This document shows positions 35,067 through 48,112 of a stretch of 64,000 nucleotides of DNA, one piece after another; position 1 is the stretch's first letter; every line of letters starts with the position of its first letter. Under the pieces are notes generated by a model. The model did not search any database. It had not been told where the DNA came from and worked only from the letters and a program-made list of their open reading frames with translations. The DNA is taken from positions 19,571 through 83,570 of the forward strand of contig JAUCBJ010009078.1 in assembly GCA_032718475.1 (NCBI GenBank). Reading direction: 5' to 3'. The translations under genes and the position numbers were made by a program. The DNA is from Nemertoderma westbladi (Eukaryota > Animalia > Xenacoelomorpha).

Positions 35067-36384
35067 AGATAGTGAATAATATTACAGTAAGAAGTTCTAA
35101 CTTTCTTCTAATAATTTAATAAACTTAATGAACGATCAATAATTATGTGCCGCCTTCTGTTCATCAACTCTTAGCGAACATAATCACATTTATGTGATTT
35201 ACATTATTGATGTACATTATTTTGAGTGTAACTTGAACTAAGACGTGGACAGTTGAACAGTCGTCTGAATCTAGAGCGCTTTTTTCAAGGTGCGCAAGCA
35301 CCACCAGCTAGTACATTATACCTGTAATGGGCAGGATATAGGACTTGCCCTGTTTGCCAATTCGTTTCTTATATATTATTTTAAAAAAATAAATTGTAAT
35401 ATCAATATGGTTCTATTTAAACTTTGCCAGCTGGTGTCGCCTTCAAGATCTTTAATTTTTATTATCAGGCTCCATGGTCACACGAACATTACGGAATCCC
35501 ACGGTAACACTCTGTCAACGGTATCCCTGTTGCGATTCAATATAATTACAGTATTATATTGTATGGCTTCAGATCAATTTTTGTGGCTGCAATTTATATA
35601 ACTTTGTGATGAATATATTATTACTTATTTGAGAATGGGCCTGCAGCTTCCATTGCTGCATTCTGTTTTTGTTCGAAGTTGAAATTAAAACTAAAATATA
35701 TTTCAGAGCATTATTGTAACGGTATCTGTTGTATGTATCATTTTCTCTATACATTTTGAATTTTCAATTATTTTTATGTACATATTCCCAATAAAATATA
35801 TTACCACCCCACGCAAAACTGCCATATTGAATTAGTGCATCAACATTGAATGTAATATTATTCATAATGCAGCTTTATATTGGAAACGAATGTATTATAC
35901 TTATTATATTACAGTATTAATTATATATCCACACGAAAGTGTGTTTCGGATTAGTAGAGTTTATTTGTATTTGTTGCCATGGTATCTTCTGTTTCTGGAA
36001 TTTTGTTTATATAATTATTATTGTGCACAACGATTTGTTCTGAAATAGGCCTACTGCTGTACCGGTACTATGTTACGCATTGTGTGATTGAGTACTAGGA
36101 GTACACTGTATGTAGGCCTACTGTACTGTAGGCCTACCACTATATAAAATCAGGAACTCAAATCATAATAACAATATCAAAATCAGTTTAATTATTTTAT
36201 ATTATTTAATCTCCTTGTATGGTTTAAATTTCCCGCCCTTCGCTTATTTGTTAATATAAACCGCGTTCGGTTGATTTAAAAAAAAAATAAAAAAACTATA
36301 TAAAATTATCTGATCCGCCCAAAATCAGTAAAAATAAAATATATAATAAATCTACAGGCAAAAAACTAATAGTATAAAGAATAA

Positions 36385-36565
36385 AGTACAAGTTCAGGGT
36401 ATCAGCTGGATCCCTCGAAAAGTTGCAGGTCCTAGATGCCGCTTTAACTGCTGGCATCCTTGACCATCTTAATCCGTTTGAGCATTGTGCCCGGACTCAC
36501 TATGTGTCTTAGTTAGGTACACTCGACACTTCCGAATTCTATGCTCTGTCCTGGAAGTCTTTTTT
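36385..36565 (-). pseudogene. Short RTE-like LINE fragment
   Basis: Minus strand AGAATTCGGAAGTGTCGAG and GCAGTTAAAGCGGCATCTAGGACC match the 5' end of the RTE copy at ~25760-25880. Confidence 0.55.
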
Positions 36566-36743
36566 CGGTTTTGAGAAGGTCTAACGAGAAACACAAGCAA
36601 TTAAAATAAAATAGAAAAATCCCATTTATTTGTATAGAAATGCAAGATACAGTTAGAAGAATTCTAATGTTTATAACCATCTACCAATAATTCCAAAATA
36701 AATATATAATATTTATAGAAAAAAGTATGGGATATAGACCCAC

Positions 36744-36901
36744 CTTGTTATCCCAGGCCGGCCTATCACTGGCGCTACTATCAACACAAGGGACGCCCTT
36801 CTTGTAATCACCAATGGCTTTGCAATCATCGTTGTCATGGATATTGTCGGCATCATCACCACCTTTTAGTGGCTTCATTTGAACGTTTATCTCATAGTCG
36901 T
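36744..36901 (-). CDS. SLC6 transporter exon A (N-terminal tail ending RPAWDNK); SLC6A15/17/19-like nutrient amino-acid transporter subfamily
   Basis: ttgcag|..DYEINVQMKPLKGG...SDRPAWDNK|gtgggt. Splices in frame to exon B, giving the conserved R-x-x-W-x-x-K-x-Q-Y motif. Translation may start at ATG 36878 or in an upstream exon. Confidence 0.82.
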
Positions 36902-38175
36902 CTGCAACAATGAATCACATTACCACTCCCTAAAAACTTTCCCACGTCAAATGTACTACTCAAACAAAAATGTCTTCTGTGTACGTCACGTCAAGCATGT
37001 ACTGATCGGAAAACAAAACCAAAATACTAAACCCAACATCCGACACACCCACGCATAGAAACCAGCTGATACAATAAATAATGCCTCCCAAATCTTTGAG
37101 AATTAATTAATTATTATTAATAGTAGTTACCTGTGCTACTAGGTGACGTGTGTAAATCCATTGTAGATAACGATGTGTTACTCGCGGCATGAGAACCATT
37201 TAATAATTTTAAAACGCAACCTTCATCATTTGCCATCATGTTAGAATAACTCCAGCAATTTATATGATTTAATATCTAACATGTAAAAATGTTGCTTTAT
37301 ATCTTAGTATAAATATAATATATAAAATATATTAAATAAAAAATATAGTAAAATAAAGTAAGTTCCTACAATAGCAATCACTGGCTTGATGCGTATAAAT
37401 AAAATTCCTTTACTGTATTTTCTAATATATATCTGAAATAATTTCCCGAAATAACTGAAAATAACACTTCGTTGCTACGCAACTGTATTTAGCATAAGAC
37501 CGATGTGCAACATCGATGTGCACGCCTTTATCTTTTGACATTTGACTTTTGACTATCGGGTGTTGATTGGGTAGTGAGTAGGCAAGGTGTACTAAATAAT
37601 AACAGGCCATGCAACGAGCGTAAAGACAGGTGACAGCGTTAGCATTTTGAAAGCACTTTGACAGCTGTCGCTGTAACCGCGAGATCTATCTGTGAACCGG
37701 GTTTAATGCAGAACATTGCGTGGGCCGATCTTTCGTTTATTTAGGACAATATTTTAATAATATTTCCTTAGGAACTTCTTAATAGCTAATTTGTTTGGTT
37801 GGATATGATGGCTAAGGTTCATAGATGTGTAATAAAATGTCTTTCTGGAATTGTTATCTTGTTGTTGCCAAGGAAACCGGGTGCAAAGTTCAAACATTGC
37901 GCCCCTGTATTTCAAGACGACGAGGGATTCTGTTGTTGCGATTTGGTAGGTGAGTAAAGGGAATAAAACTATATCAAAATATTTAACATATAATCAAAAT
38001 AATTTGAATTTGGTTACAATTACGTTTCCATAGTGATGGGTATAACGTTAATTTGCCATTATGGCCTCCTGCTGGAAAATTAAATTATTTGCAGCTAACT
38101 TGCCTACACTACAGTACGTCCTGCCTTTTGTATCTAATAATTAATTATTAAAACTTAAATTTTCTGATTAAGGAA

Positions 38176-38490
38176 ATGGTAGCGGTTGGCGTATCAGCAG
38201 ATGATAGTGGTAATGGTGGAATTGGTCTATTGATGAATCCAACTGCACATTCAGCATTGGACAAAATTGACCCAATCTCTAACCTCACCATCCGTTGCCA
38301 CTTCTCATGTTCTGGAAGACTGGCTAATAAGTTACCTAAGGTGGTTCTGATTGTGTGCTACTCTCAAACTAGTGTTGCCCCAGTAGAGGAGATGGAAAAT
38401 GTATACCACAATCTACAAGCAGCTACTGATGGAGTGAATCAGCATGCATTCTTATCTTTCCTGGGTGACTTTAATGCCAGTCTCCATTAG
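38176..38490 (+). pseudogene. APE endonuclease fragment of an RTE-like LINE
   Basis: GNGGIGLLM, CYSQTS and LGDFNA motifs. Confidence 0.75.
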
Positions 38491-38857
38491 CAGTCGAGCG
38501 GAATTCCGGATCCGGTTCTGGCCGGAATTGATATAACCGAATTATACATTTACTAGCAACCCAGGCGCGCTTACGCACGATTGTGAGCCAAATAACAATA
38601 GAATAATATGTTTCACAGTAAATTATAAAAAAGGCAATTAAAGGCGCTCAACTGTACTTGTACACTACTGTATATCTAAAAAGTCATTCAGGCGGCCAAA
38701 TTTCCCAGGAACCTACTGTAATAGACGTTCACTTTCATTGAATCCAGGGCAAGAGTTTGTGTTGTATTCTGAGGGTAGGAGCTATCAGCTGGGTAAAATG
38801 TTATTTGCCTATGGTCAGAGAGAGATCCCATTCTGTAACTTGGCAATTGCTCAATTC

Positions 38858-39846
38858 GGTGTTCGGACACTTCCCCCCCGGACACTTCCCCCCCGAACAG
38901 TTCCCCCCCCCCCCCCCCCGCTCAAGTGGGACACTTCCCCCCCGGACACTTCCCCCCCAGACACTCCCCCCCCCCCGGACACTTCCCCCCCGACTGTTCT
39001 TAACTTCGCACATTCGTATTTTTCATTTTGTAAGGTAAAGGGACCGCTTGTATCCAGAAAAGTTGTATCCAAATTTATTTTCTTAGCTCAGAAAGTGATC
39101 TTTTGCATCCCGATTTTACATTTTATATCCAAGTTTTATTTATGATGTAGCAGATGGGGATGAATATTATTATTGCAATCAAAATTATACCTCTCCAGGG
39201 TAAAATCGACATGCGTCGACCTGTATTCTGTGTTCAACATTACATATTGATATACATATTACTATACATACTATATCTTGCAATATTTTTAATAGGATTT
39301 TGTTGGATTATATAATATTGTAGTAATTTATATATTAATTTGGTTAACATTCAATACAGCTCCTATTTTAGGCTTAGTCAATTTATTATCTGATGATACA
39401 AACGTGAATTGATTATTTCAAAACGGTCTCAAAGTCTTTCACCACGGGCACACAGGGGAATGCCGGGGTTTGGGGGCGGCAGCCCCCCAGAAAAGAAGTG
39501 TGGGTTTGGAGGCGGCAGCCCCCAACAAAAGAAGTGTGGGTTTGGGGGCGGCAGCCCCCAACAAAAGAAGCGTGGGTTTGGGGGCGGCAGCCCCCAATTA
39601 AAAGAAAAACAAACAAAATTTGACTATAAAAATGTTTCTTTTATAATTTTGAAAAAACTTGTCTAGATACAACTTGTCCTGTAACCATCTTTAACTTTTG
39701 TTTATTGCTTTGATGCACCCAGATTAATTTTAACACTTTAACTGGGGGGGAAGTGTCCGGGGGGAAGTGTCCGGGGGAGAAGTGTCCGGGGGGAAGAGTC
39801 CGGGGGGAAATGTCCCACTTGGGCGGGGGGGAAGTGTCCTAGATCC
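38858..39846. mobile_element. Non-autonomous Mutator/MULE-type DNA transposon
   Basis: 9-bp TSD GCTCAATTC (38849-38857 and 39847-39855). GG...CC termini. Subterminal GGACACTTCCCCCC repeats are inverted at the two ends. Internal 39-bp repeat x4 (~39465-39600) carries GGGGGC-GGCA-GCCCCC hairpins. Confidence 0.87.
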
Positions 39847-40419
39847 GCTCAATTCCATTCAGCTGAATGGCACAGTAGAGCATTGATTCTGGGTTACAAC
39901 TAATAAGCAATCAATGACAAATTCTAGTTGATTTTAATGATAATAATGAAAAGCAATCAAGTTCATTAAATAATTGGATGAAGTGTGTTCGAGGGCAATG
40001 GATGTTGAGTTCAACATGTTAAGATCTTACAATTCTTAATTATTTCGAGAATTAATTAATTAATTAACGAAGCGTAACTATCCTATTCCATGGCCAATAC
40101 ATATATAACCCACCATACGAAGTCTTGTAGCAAACCAAGGGAGTGTTTAGGCGGAGATTCGGCTATATGACAAACAAAGATACATACATCGTTGACAATG
40201 ACAATTGTATTATAAATGTAACAAATTAGATGAATTGCATTTTTTCACAAACATCTCTTTTTTTCATAAATATATAGCTGAAAGTTACTCTCAGTTTTTT
40301 TTACAGGTTTGAGACTCTTGCATCTGAGGCGATAGATCACTGCGCGGGATATACAGACCTCACAGAAGCAGTTGAGGCAGCAGCTGCGCAGAAACAGTTC
40401 CTGTATACCCTCGGAACAG

Positions 40420-41089
40420 AAATAGATAGATAGATTTTATTTATACATTATGTAAAAACAATAACAAATACAGCAAACAATGTATATAGGTATTGTCCAA
40501 CATAACATATAGGATTACCCCTAAAGCTTTGCAGCTTATTTCCAAGGGGGTCCTTTATGTTACTTGGTTACAAATACAATATTACACAATTACAATTACT
40601 ACACTAACCTAAAACAAATATAAAACGTACAACACTAACACTAGGCCTACGTACAACTTTACCGAGAGCGAGACAATACTCCGACTCAACAATATAGATG
40701 TAACTATGTACAGTACAATAATTATAAAACGTAATTACACTACGTACAACTTTACCGAAAGCGAGACAATGCCCTACTCAACAATATAGATGTAACTATG
40801 TACAGTACAATAATTATAAAACGTAATTACACTACGTACAACTTTACCGAAAGCGAGACAATGCCCTACTCAACGATAAAGATGTAACTATGTACAGTAC
40901 AATAATTTATAAAACGTAATTACAGTATGAATAGGAAATAACTAATAAACTAATAACTTACTTCTAGGACTATTGTACTGCACACGGAGGTGAGTTTTAA
41001 CTACAGATTTAAAAGAATGTTGATTATCTGGGATTTTTATTTCATTAGGCAGAGCGTTCCAATTTTTAATACCGTTAAAAAAGAAAGTA
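40420..41089 (-). pseudogene. 3' end of a CR1/L2-type LINE (ORF2 C-terminus, 3' UTR and (CTAT)n tail)
   Basis: Minus strand encodes TFFFNGIKNWNALPNEIK and ends in AATAAAATCTATCTATCTAT. Confidence 0.7.
40648..40924. repeat. 92-bp tandem repeat, 3 copies
   Basis: TACGTACAACTTTACCGA... units start at 40648, 40741 and 40833. Confidence 0.9.
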
Positions 41090-44027
41090 CAGTCGGGTTA
41101 TCAAAGTGCATCTGTTCTTTAAGATTTTCTCAAAGTTTTTCTAAAAGTGTCTAAAAGTAATTAAATTACTCCCAACGGCTGCTTTGAATTCTTGTAGACA
41201 CTTTTAGTTGGGAATCTCAAAGTGATTTCCTGCTTTTAGGCACTTTGCTTTGAATTCTTTGAGAAAATAAACTCCGAGGTATTCCTGATTGACAGCTCGT
41301 GGTAAGTTAACAGAAAGGCAGAGGCATTCTCGGGGAACAAAAATCATGCGGGCAACAAAGTGATACTTGTGGGCCTGCCAGTTGTTGCCTAGAAGCTATT
41401 CCCATTAATTCGCATTGAGGTTTCTGAGGTCATTACGGGATGGGTTTTAGGTTCGGTCGCAAGTACAAATTGAATTTTCGGGGCACTTTGACAAGAATTC
41501 TACCCCCCACCCTCCCCACACACCTTCCCCCTCTATTTGGAAATAAAACCTTTTATAAAAGTCTTTCTAAAAAAAACATTCTTAAAAATCAAATAATACA
41601 TGAAACATAATTTATTAGTGTAACAAGATTAATGCAATATATTAATTTAATAATAATATAATATAAGATTAATTAACTAACTAATTAATTAATTGTATAC
41701 GCAGTTTCATTATAATGACCTGAAGAAGGCCTGTTGGGAGAACGCTTGTAATAACTTTTGTTTAGTCACCTAAGGTCAACCCGTACTACCTTGTGGGGCG
41801 AGCCACGAAGTTGGCGGAGCCTTAGCGAATTGACACTGTTAGGGGGTGGGTCAATTTATGCAAATAGTTGTCGTCGTCGTCGTTGTCGTCGTCGTCGTCG
41901 TTGTCGTCGTCGTTACGATTTTGACATGCTAATAACTTTGTCGGATTTAAAGCTGCCAAGTTGAAAATTTGTAGGTATCAATATGAGCAAAAGTTGAGAT
42001 TTTTGAGAGACTTTCAGACACCATCAGTGCAATGGTCTCCCGCTAGAGGGCCACATGTCTAAACATTAAATGCCCTCCCATTTCTTTGCTTTTAATCCGT
42101 TTAAGCTGAAACTTGGCAGATATGTATTAGACCATTAGCTGTGACTTTCAAAGGAGGCGAATCCATCTGCAGTTCTCCAGTCTGCCGCTAGAGGGCCAAA
42201 GGTCTGAAAGTGAAATCGTTGTCGTCGTTACGATTTTGACATGCTAATAACTTTGTCGGATTTAAAGCTGCCAAGTTGAAAATTTGTAGGTATCAATATG
42301 AGCAAAAGTTGAGATTTTTGAGAGACTTTCAGACACCATCAGTGCAATGGTCTCCCGCTAGAGGGCCACATGTCTAAACATTAAATGCCCTCCCATTTCT
42401 TTGCTTTTAATCCGTTTAAGCTGAAACTTGGCAGATATGTATTAGACCATTAGCTGTGACTTTCAAAGGAGGCGAATCCATCTGCAGTTCTCCAGTCTGC
42501 CGCAGGAGGGCCAAATGTCTGAAAGTGAAATCGTTGTCGTCGTTATGATATTGACATGCTTATAACTTTGTCGAATTTAAAGCTGCCAAGTTGAAAATTT
42601 GTTTTGTTGAAAATCAGTTCAACTGTCACCCGCTATAGGACTACTTTATGCCTGAAAGTGAATAGATTCTCCCGTCTCATTGATTTTAATCAGTTTAAGC
42701 TGAATCTTGCCATATATTCTGGACCACATGCTGCGTCTTTGTGGGGGGGGGGGGGAGATTTAATCGGTCTGCCGCTATACGACGAAATTTCTGAAAGTGA
42801 GATCCGTCTCTCATTTCGTTATCCGTTATTCAAGATGAAACTTGGCCGATGTACGTATGTACTATTCATCCATAGGCTGTGTCTTTGTGGGGCTGGAGAC
42901 CCTAATCCATCTTCAGTTCTCACTATACCGCTAGAGTCAGAAATGTCTGAATAGAAATGAAAGAGGTAAAAAGTGATTAGGCGAAATCTGCTTAAAATTT
43001 GCTAATACAGTAATACTTTCGAATTAGTACTTAAATTAAATTTAAGTCACGTGCTGCGCGAAGGCCCCACTTCGTGTTTAATATGTTAACTACGGTGACG
43101 AGAGCGCGAGAATTCCTTCTTAAAAACTAAGAAAGGCTTTCAACTTTCAAGTAAGATAGAACGGCTACAATCTTGTGTTGTTTTAACTTAATAGAGATAT
43201 TGAAATATCCCCTGCCCCATGGGTTTTCTATTTAACCATAATTATTTTAAATGTTTGCCTGATATTCAATTGATGTGTACCGCCTTCTGGCAAAGCAGCA
43301 CCCATTTAAGCTATCAATCACAGCTAACGAGTAGCGACCCACGGACGGCGACCTTCAAACAAACAGGTGCAGAGCCGGAAATAACTGTCGTGTTGCTGTT
43401 TGCTTGGCTTGTGGTCCCATTTGATAACTTAATAGATTTTGGCAGACTGGGCGGTCGCTCTGACCATATGCACTGCGCACCTACAATGCCTAAAACATCT
43501 AAGGGAACAGCCAATTAGTGAGTTCGTATCATTTCTCTTTATTCCTGCCGCTATCATCTTTATTCTTTACTTTGTATAACACAATAGCATAAAGCTACCA
43601 ACGTTTTAATCCCTGCATAGCAGTGCGGCAAAGCAGGGCTGGTTGATCATTGAAATGCATGGGTAAAGGAATTCAACGTTCACATTCCTAATGCCCTGTG
43701 GGACAGATTTAAACAGCACTATACATTAATATAGATAGGGCAACAGACAACTGTCAAAGACACAAATACCAACACATTGCGATAGCCCGCAATTATGGCG
43801 ACTCTAAAGAGTTAAAATATAAAAACCTCTATGCAACAATATAAATACCTACAAAAAAATACTGCAGTAATAAATATTACTTACTGCAGTAACATATAAT
43901 CATACTTCGAGCGACTTGGAAATCTTTGAGGTCACTTTGTCATTTTTGGACCACTTTTAGAACTTTGAGACACTTTTAGTTCTTTGAGAAAATCTCAAAG
44001 AACAGATGCACTTTGAGACCCCGACTG
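41090..44027. mobile_element. Non-autonomous Tc1/mariner-type DNA transposon with nested insertions
   Basis: TA|CAGTCGGGTTATCAAAGTGCATCTGTTCTTTAAGATTTTCTCAAAG ... CTTTGAGAAAATCTCAAAGAACAGATGCACTTTGAGACCCCGACTG|TA. About 46-bp TIRs, TA TSD, no transposase ORF. Confidence 0.85.
41757..43080 (+). mobile_element. Helentron-like (HINE-type) element with (GTC)n microsatellite and 315-bp internal tandem repeat
   Basis: (GTC)n at ~41868-41912. Near-identical 315-bp units start at 41913, 42228 and 42543 (partial). 3' hairpin CGAAG-GCCCCA-CTTCG is followed by a T tract. The same end motif recurs at ~54741 and inverted at ~54965. Confidence 0.65.
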
Positions 44028-44054
44028 TATCAGTTTCGAAGGATTTACCATTCG

Positions 44055-44962
44055 TGTAAAGGATTTCGCGTGCCGTCAACACGATAAGCTCCTAAACGGT
44101 TATTAAAAGTATCTCAAAAATAATTCATAGTTTTAACACACTCGTTTACTGTTTTTGGTTTCTCGGTGGAAAGACTGACTTGAAAAAAGCTCGCAAAGAA
44201 CACGGTCCTTCAACGAATTGTTATTTACGGACTTCATCAACCCTTTCAAGATAGTATACTAAAACTTCCTTGGTATAAAAATAGTGTACGGTAAGTAACA
44301 CCATAGAAAAACCTCTGGGAAGAGGAAAAAAGAGAAACCGGGTGAAGGGTGCTTTGGGTCCGTTAGGATCCAAGTATAGCCTCGAAAAATATTACAAAAA
44401 TAAATACAATCCAAACAATTGTAAACAAAATAGAGCAGAAAATACAGTATTATAGTAGTTTCTGGTGCTAAAATAAGTAACAGAATAAAAAATATAAAAA
44501 GATGCTGTCTTTTCGACAAAAAGTCGTAATAAACTTGGTGCGGCTTCACGTTATTGGAAACTTGGCAATAGTGCAAACACCAGTGTCCAAACGGGGGTGG
44601 GACCGATTGAACGCAGAAAGTTAGCTGTTACTTTGTCCTACGACTTTGTGCTACTTTGACCGAAGGTCGCCCCAATTTGTCTACGGGCAGAGTGCGAAGA
44701 AAGCACTACCGTAAACTGACAGTCAAAACAGACAGCTGATTGGCCAAAAGCTCTATTCTCAGCGGGAACTACCCACGCTCCTAAGCCCCACTGATACCAG
44801 GCGAGGTAAAGGTGAGTACATATTATTATAAGAACAGTCCACAGTCCTGCTGAGAAACTGAGCCAAGATAGCGTGCCAGGGGCTGCCGGACTGCTGAATT
44901 CGTGAAAGTGGCCCCTTATAAACCCGGTGTTTGGGGTCAATATGGAGTTGACCCCTAATTAT
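44055..44962 (-). mobile_element. Second copy of the Helentron-like element at 31585-33026, without the 48-bp expansion
   Basis: Shared blocks TGTAAAGGATTT, CTCCTAAACGGTTTA, TGCTTTGGGTCCGTTAGGA, GGCAATAGTGCAAACACCAG, CCAAGATAGCGTGCCAGG and TTGACCCCTAATTATC. Confidence 0.65.
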
Positions 44963-45409
44963 CACTTGCTAAGGATAGTGATCTTTCCTTAGCATGGATC
45001 TTTTAAATACACGTTAAATTATGATTAATATTGACTAGCAAACTGACCAATAATCGTATACACTGCAACTTTATGTCATAGAGAGTTTTTATTGAGTATA
45101 ATAATTCCCTGGTTGAAGTATGCAAGGCCAAATAGTAGGAAAGGGTCGGCTAATAAGGTGAAGCTCTCCAATTGGGTGAAGGTTATTGGGAGCGATGCCA
45201 AGGGGCTCTGTTATAATATTACTAGCTGGTGGGTTTATTAAGGGGTTGGAGGTGACTGTGAAGGACAAGGCCGTTGTATATTGGATGGCAAATGGCAGAG
45301 GCTTGAATTAAGGGAGACGGATGGGGATAATATGGGAAATATTATACTGCATCTAAATTAGAATCACAAGGGAGTGTATTCTTTATAGTGCTGCCTACGA
45401 AGGCGTGAA

Positions 45410-47372
45410 AAATCTATTACAATTTGGGAGGTAAAAGTTTGAAGCACTAGCTCTGGTACTGTAAGAGTGTGTATCCCACACTCAGTTGAATTTTTGTTTT
45501 AGGTAATTGGGACATTTACCATTATACACTTTATGCACATGGTTAAGGCGAGGCCTGCTTAAATCTACTATCTAAGTTAAGTAGTCCAGATTCAGAAAAG
45601 TCATCTGGAGTTAGGTGATGTCTAGGTTTGTAGTCTTTAATAAATTGTACTACTTTATTCTGAGCTACTTGTAATTTACATTTAAGCTGTTTGGTTAAGC
45701 CTTCATACCAAAGAAAAAGAGCAGGCATAGTCAATGTGACACTGTATTAAAGAAGAGCAAAGTAACTTGCGAGATTCGTTGTTTAATATATTTTTAATTG
45801 TGTGTAACTTTCGAGAAAATATATTTTTCACCTGTGCTTTCTCCGGAATATCAGTTATCCAATATGACGCCGAAATACTTAACTTCTTTTTTATTTTCTA
45901 TCTTATGTCCATTACTAGTGACTTCAAACTTAGTAGTTACCTTCTTAAATTTTCTTTTGGAACCAAACAAAATACCAACCAATTATAATAATGATAAATT
46001 ATCAACCAACCACTCATTACAGGATTCTAGAACTGCACTTAACTTTTGGGAAATATGGATAGGATCTTTATGAGAGAAAATAAGAGCACTGTCGTCGGCA
46101 TATAAAATGAGTTTAAAATCGGGATCTATACTACTTATCATATCATTTACATAGCATGCAAAAAGCAGAGGACCTAATATACTACCTTGCGGTACACCAC
46201 AGGTAATCTCTTGTACAGTAGACTGCGATTTGCTAATGACTACAGTTTGACCTCTGTCTGACAGGTAGGACTTGAACCAGTCTATAGAACCTACACCCAT
46301 CAGGCCTAACTTACCAAGCAGAATTTCGTGATCTACTGTATCGAAAGCCTTTTGTAGGTCCAACATTACCATACCAGTATATAAACCCTTTGCTTTATTA
46401 CATCTAATTGTCTGAAGTTCATAGATCAGATTTAGCCTACTAAGATGTGCTTCCAGCTGTAGAAAAACAGAACGTTCTCGAATTTTAGATACAATACTTA
46501 AGATACTAACATGTCTGTAATTACAGGGTTCTACTTTACTATTCTTTTTATACAGAGGAACAACCTTAGCTAATTTCAGTTCGTCTGGTACTACATTATC
46601 TACGATAGAGTAATTAATAATAAAAGTAATAGGCACTTTAAGTACTTCTGCACCATCCTTAAGAAAAGTGGTAGGTATTGGCTAGACCAGTTTTTGAGGC
46701 TGAAAGGCTTAAGTAGATTTTTTAAAAGCTAAATCCTCAGAAACGGGTTTTAAAAATAACTTTTCTGAAATCTTGTAATTTTTCTAAATAAAAATTATTT
46801 AATATAAATTTAATATAAAAAATTATTAGAGTTTCGCACCCTATAGGTCTACTATATTTATTACTTGATAACGGTAACTTCTTATCTAAATTAGAGGCAA
46901 CATTAGTAAAATAATTATTAAATAAATTACTAACTAGAGTATGATCATGAATCAGCTCACCGTTATCTTGCAGAACAATATTTGATTTCGATTTAAAGTT
47001 TTTATAACATAAAGACTTTAGGGTAGACCATAGACTTTTAGGATTATCTTTATTCTCACTTATTTTGTTGTACAAATATTCAGATTTAGCTTTTTTTATT
47101 TCCCGTTGGACAAGGTTTCTATATTTGCAGTAATTATTATAATCAGCTAAAACACGGTATTTCCTAAATTTATACAAATAGTTATCTCTTTCTCTGATAT
47201 TACTAAGAATACCCGAGGTCATCCAGGGCTCAGTGCGTTGTTTAAAACTAATTTCTTTAATTTGTACTACAGTATTAAGTGCGTTTAGAATAATATTATC
47301 TTTCAAAACAGTGTACGCAAGGTTTATGTCAGCGGCCTTAAAACAGGGTTCCCAGTCAGAATTAACTAACAA
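45410..47372 (-). pseudogene. Decayed CR1/L2-type LINE ORF2 (RT)
   Basis: [66 protein letters not shown]. Frameshifts and deletions present. Confidence 0.9.
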
Positions 47373-47849
47373 ACTTACAACCTTTCTTTGCTGTAATTTT
47401 TCACAGACCTCTCTTAGGCCCTACTGTTTTATAATCGCAGAAAAAAGATTTTTGTGTCATTCTAGAGCAAAAAAATATAAAAATTGCTTAGGCCTATAGG
47501 TAAAACCCCGGATTGAGAAATAATATCGGATTATATATTATATTAATATTCGAATTTTGGAATGTTTTGGAAGCAGAGATAAATGCGTTTTAAATTGCGT
47601 TTAAATGCAAAAAATGCAGACCTTTTCTCTTAAAAAATTAGGAAGTTTCACTCTCAGCATCACTTGTGGAGTTTGCAGAGGCGATGTGAGGAATGAATCG
47701 TCGGTTTCTGATTCTAAAATAGTATGAATGGGAAGTTCGGTAAAATACAGAACTATCGCAGATAAAACTTGGCTCAAGATTGCTTCTGGTGGAGAATAAA
47801 TTACCGATTTTCCTACGGTAACATTTCAAATGTACGAATGTGTCAAATA

Positions 47850-48112
47850 AGGCACACTGGAAAGAACACAGAATTAGGAAGTGCCGAGGAGATCTCAGAT
47901 AGGCTCCATTCCCAAACGGACTACGGCAGCCCAGAATGCAGTTAAGGATGCTTTGCTAGATCCCTGAATAGACAATACTCTGATAATCTACAAGAGCTTA
48001 TCAAACAACAGTTTGATGGCATCAATGATGCCGATGACAACAGGCAAACAGACCAGGCATGGAAACCGATCAACTTGATGACTGGGCGGAAAAGCCAACA
48101 AACCACCAAGGT
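47850..48112 (+). pseudogene. Short RTE-like LINE fragment
   Basis: Reverse-complement homology to 25620-25880 (GCATCAATGATGCCGATGACAACAGGCAA..CCAGGCATGGA..CGATCAACTTG). Confidence 0.75.

Noticed and set aside
38738-39666. Pro-rich and Gly-rich ORFs
   Set aside because: Translations of G/C-run subterminal repeats and the 39-bp internal repeat of the Mutator-type element.
41718-41750. Second hammerhead ribozyme (CTGAAGA...)
   Set aside because: Stem II and the GAAA core are not intact. The similar motif at ~55550-55572 (minus strand) also lacks GAAA.
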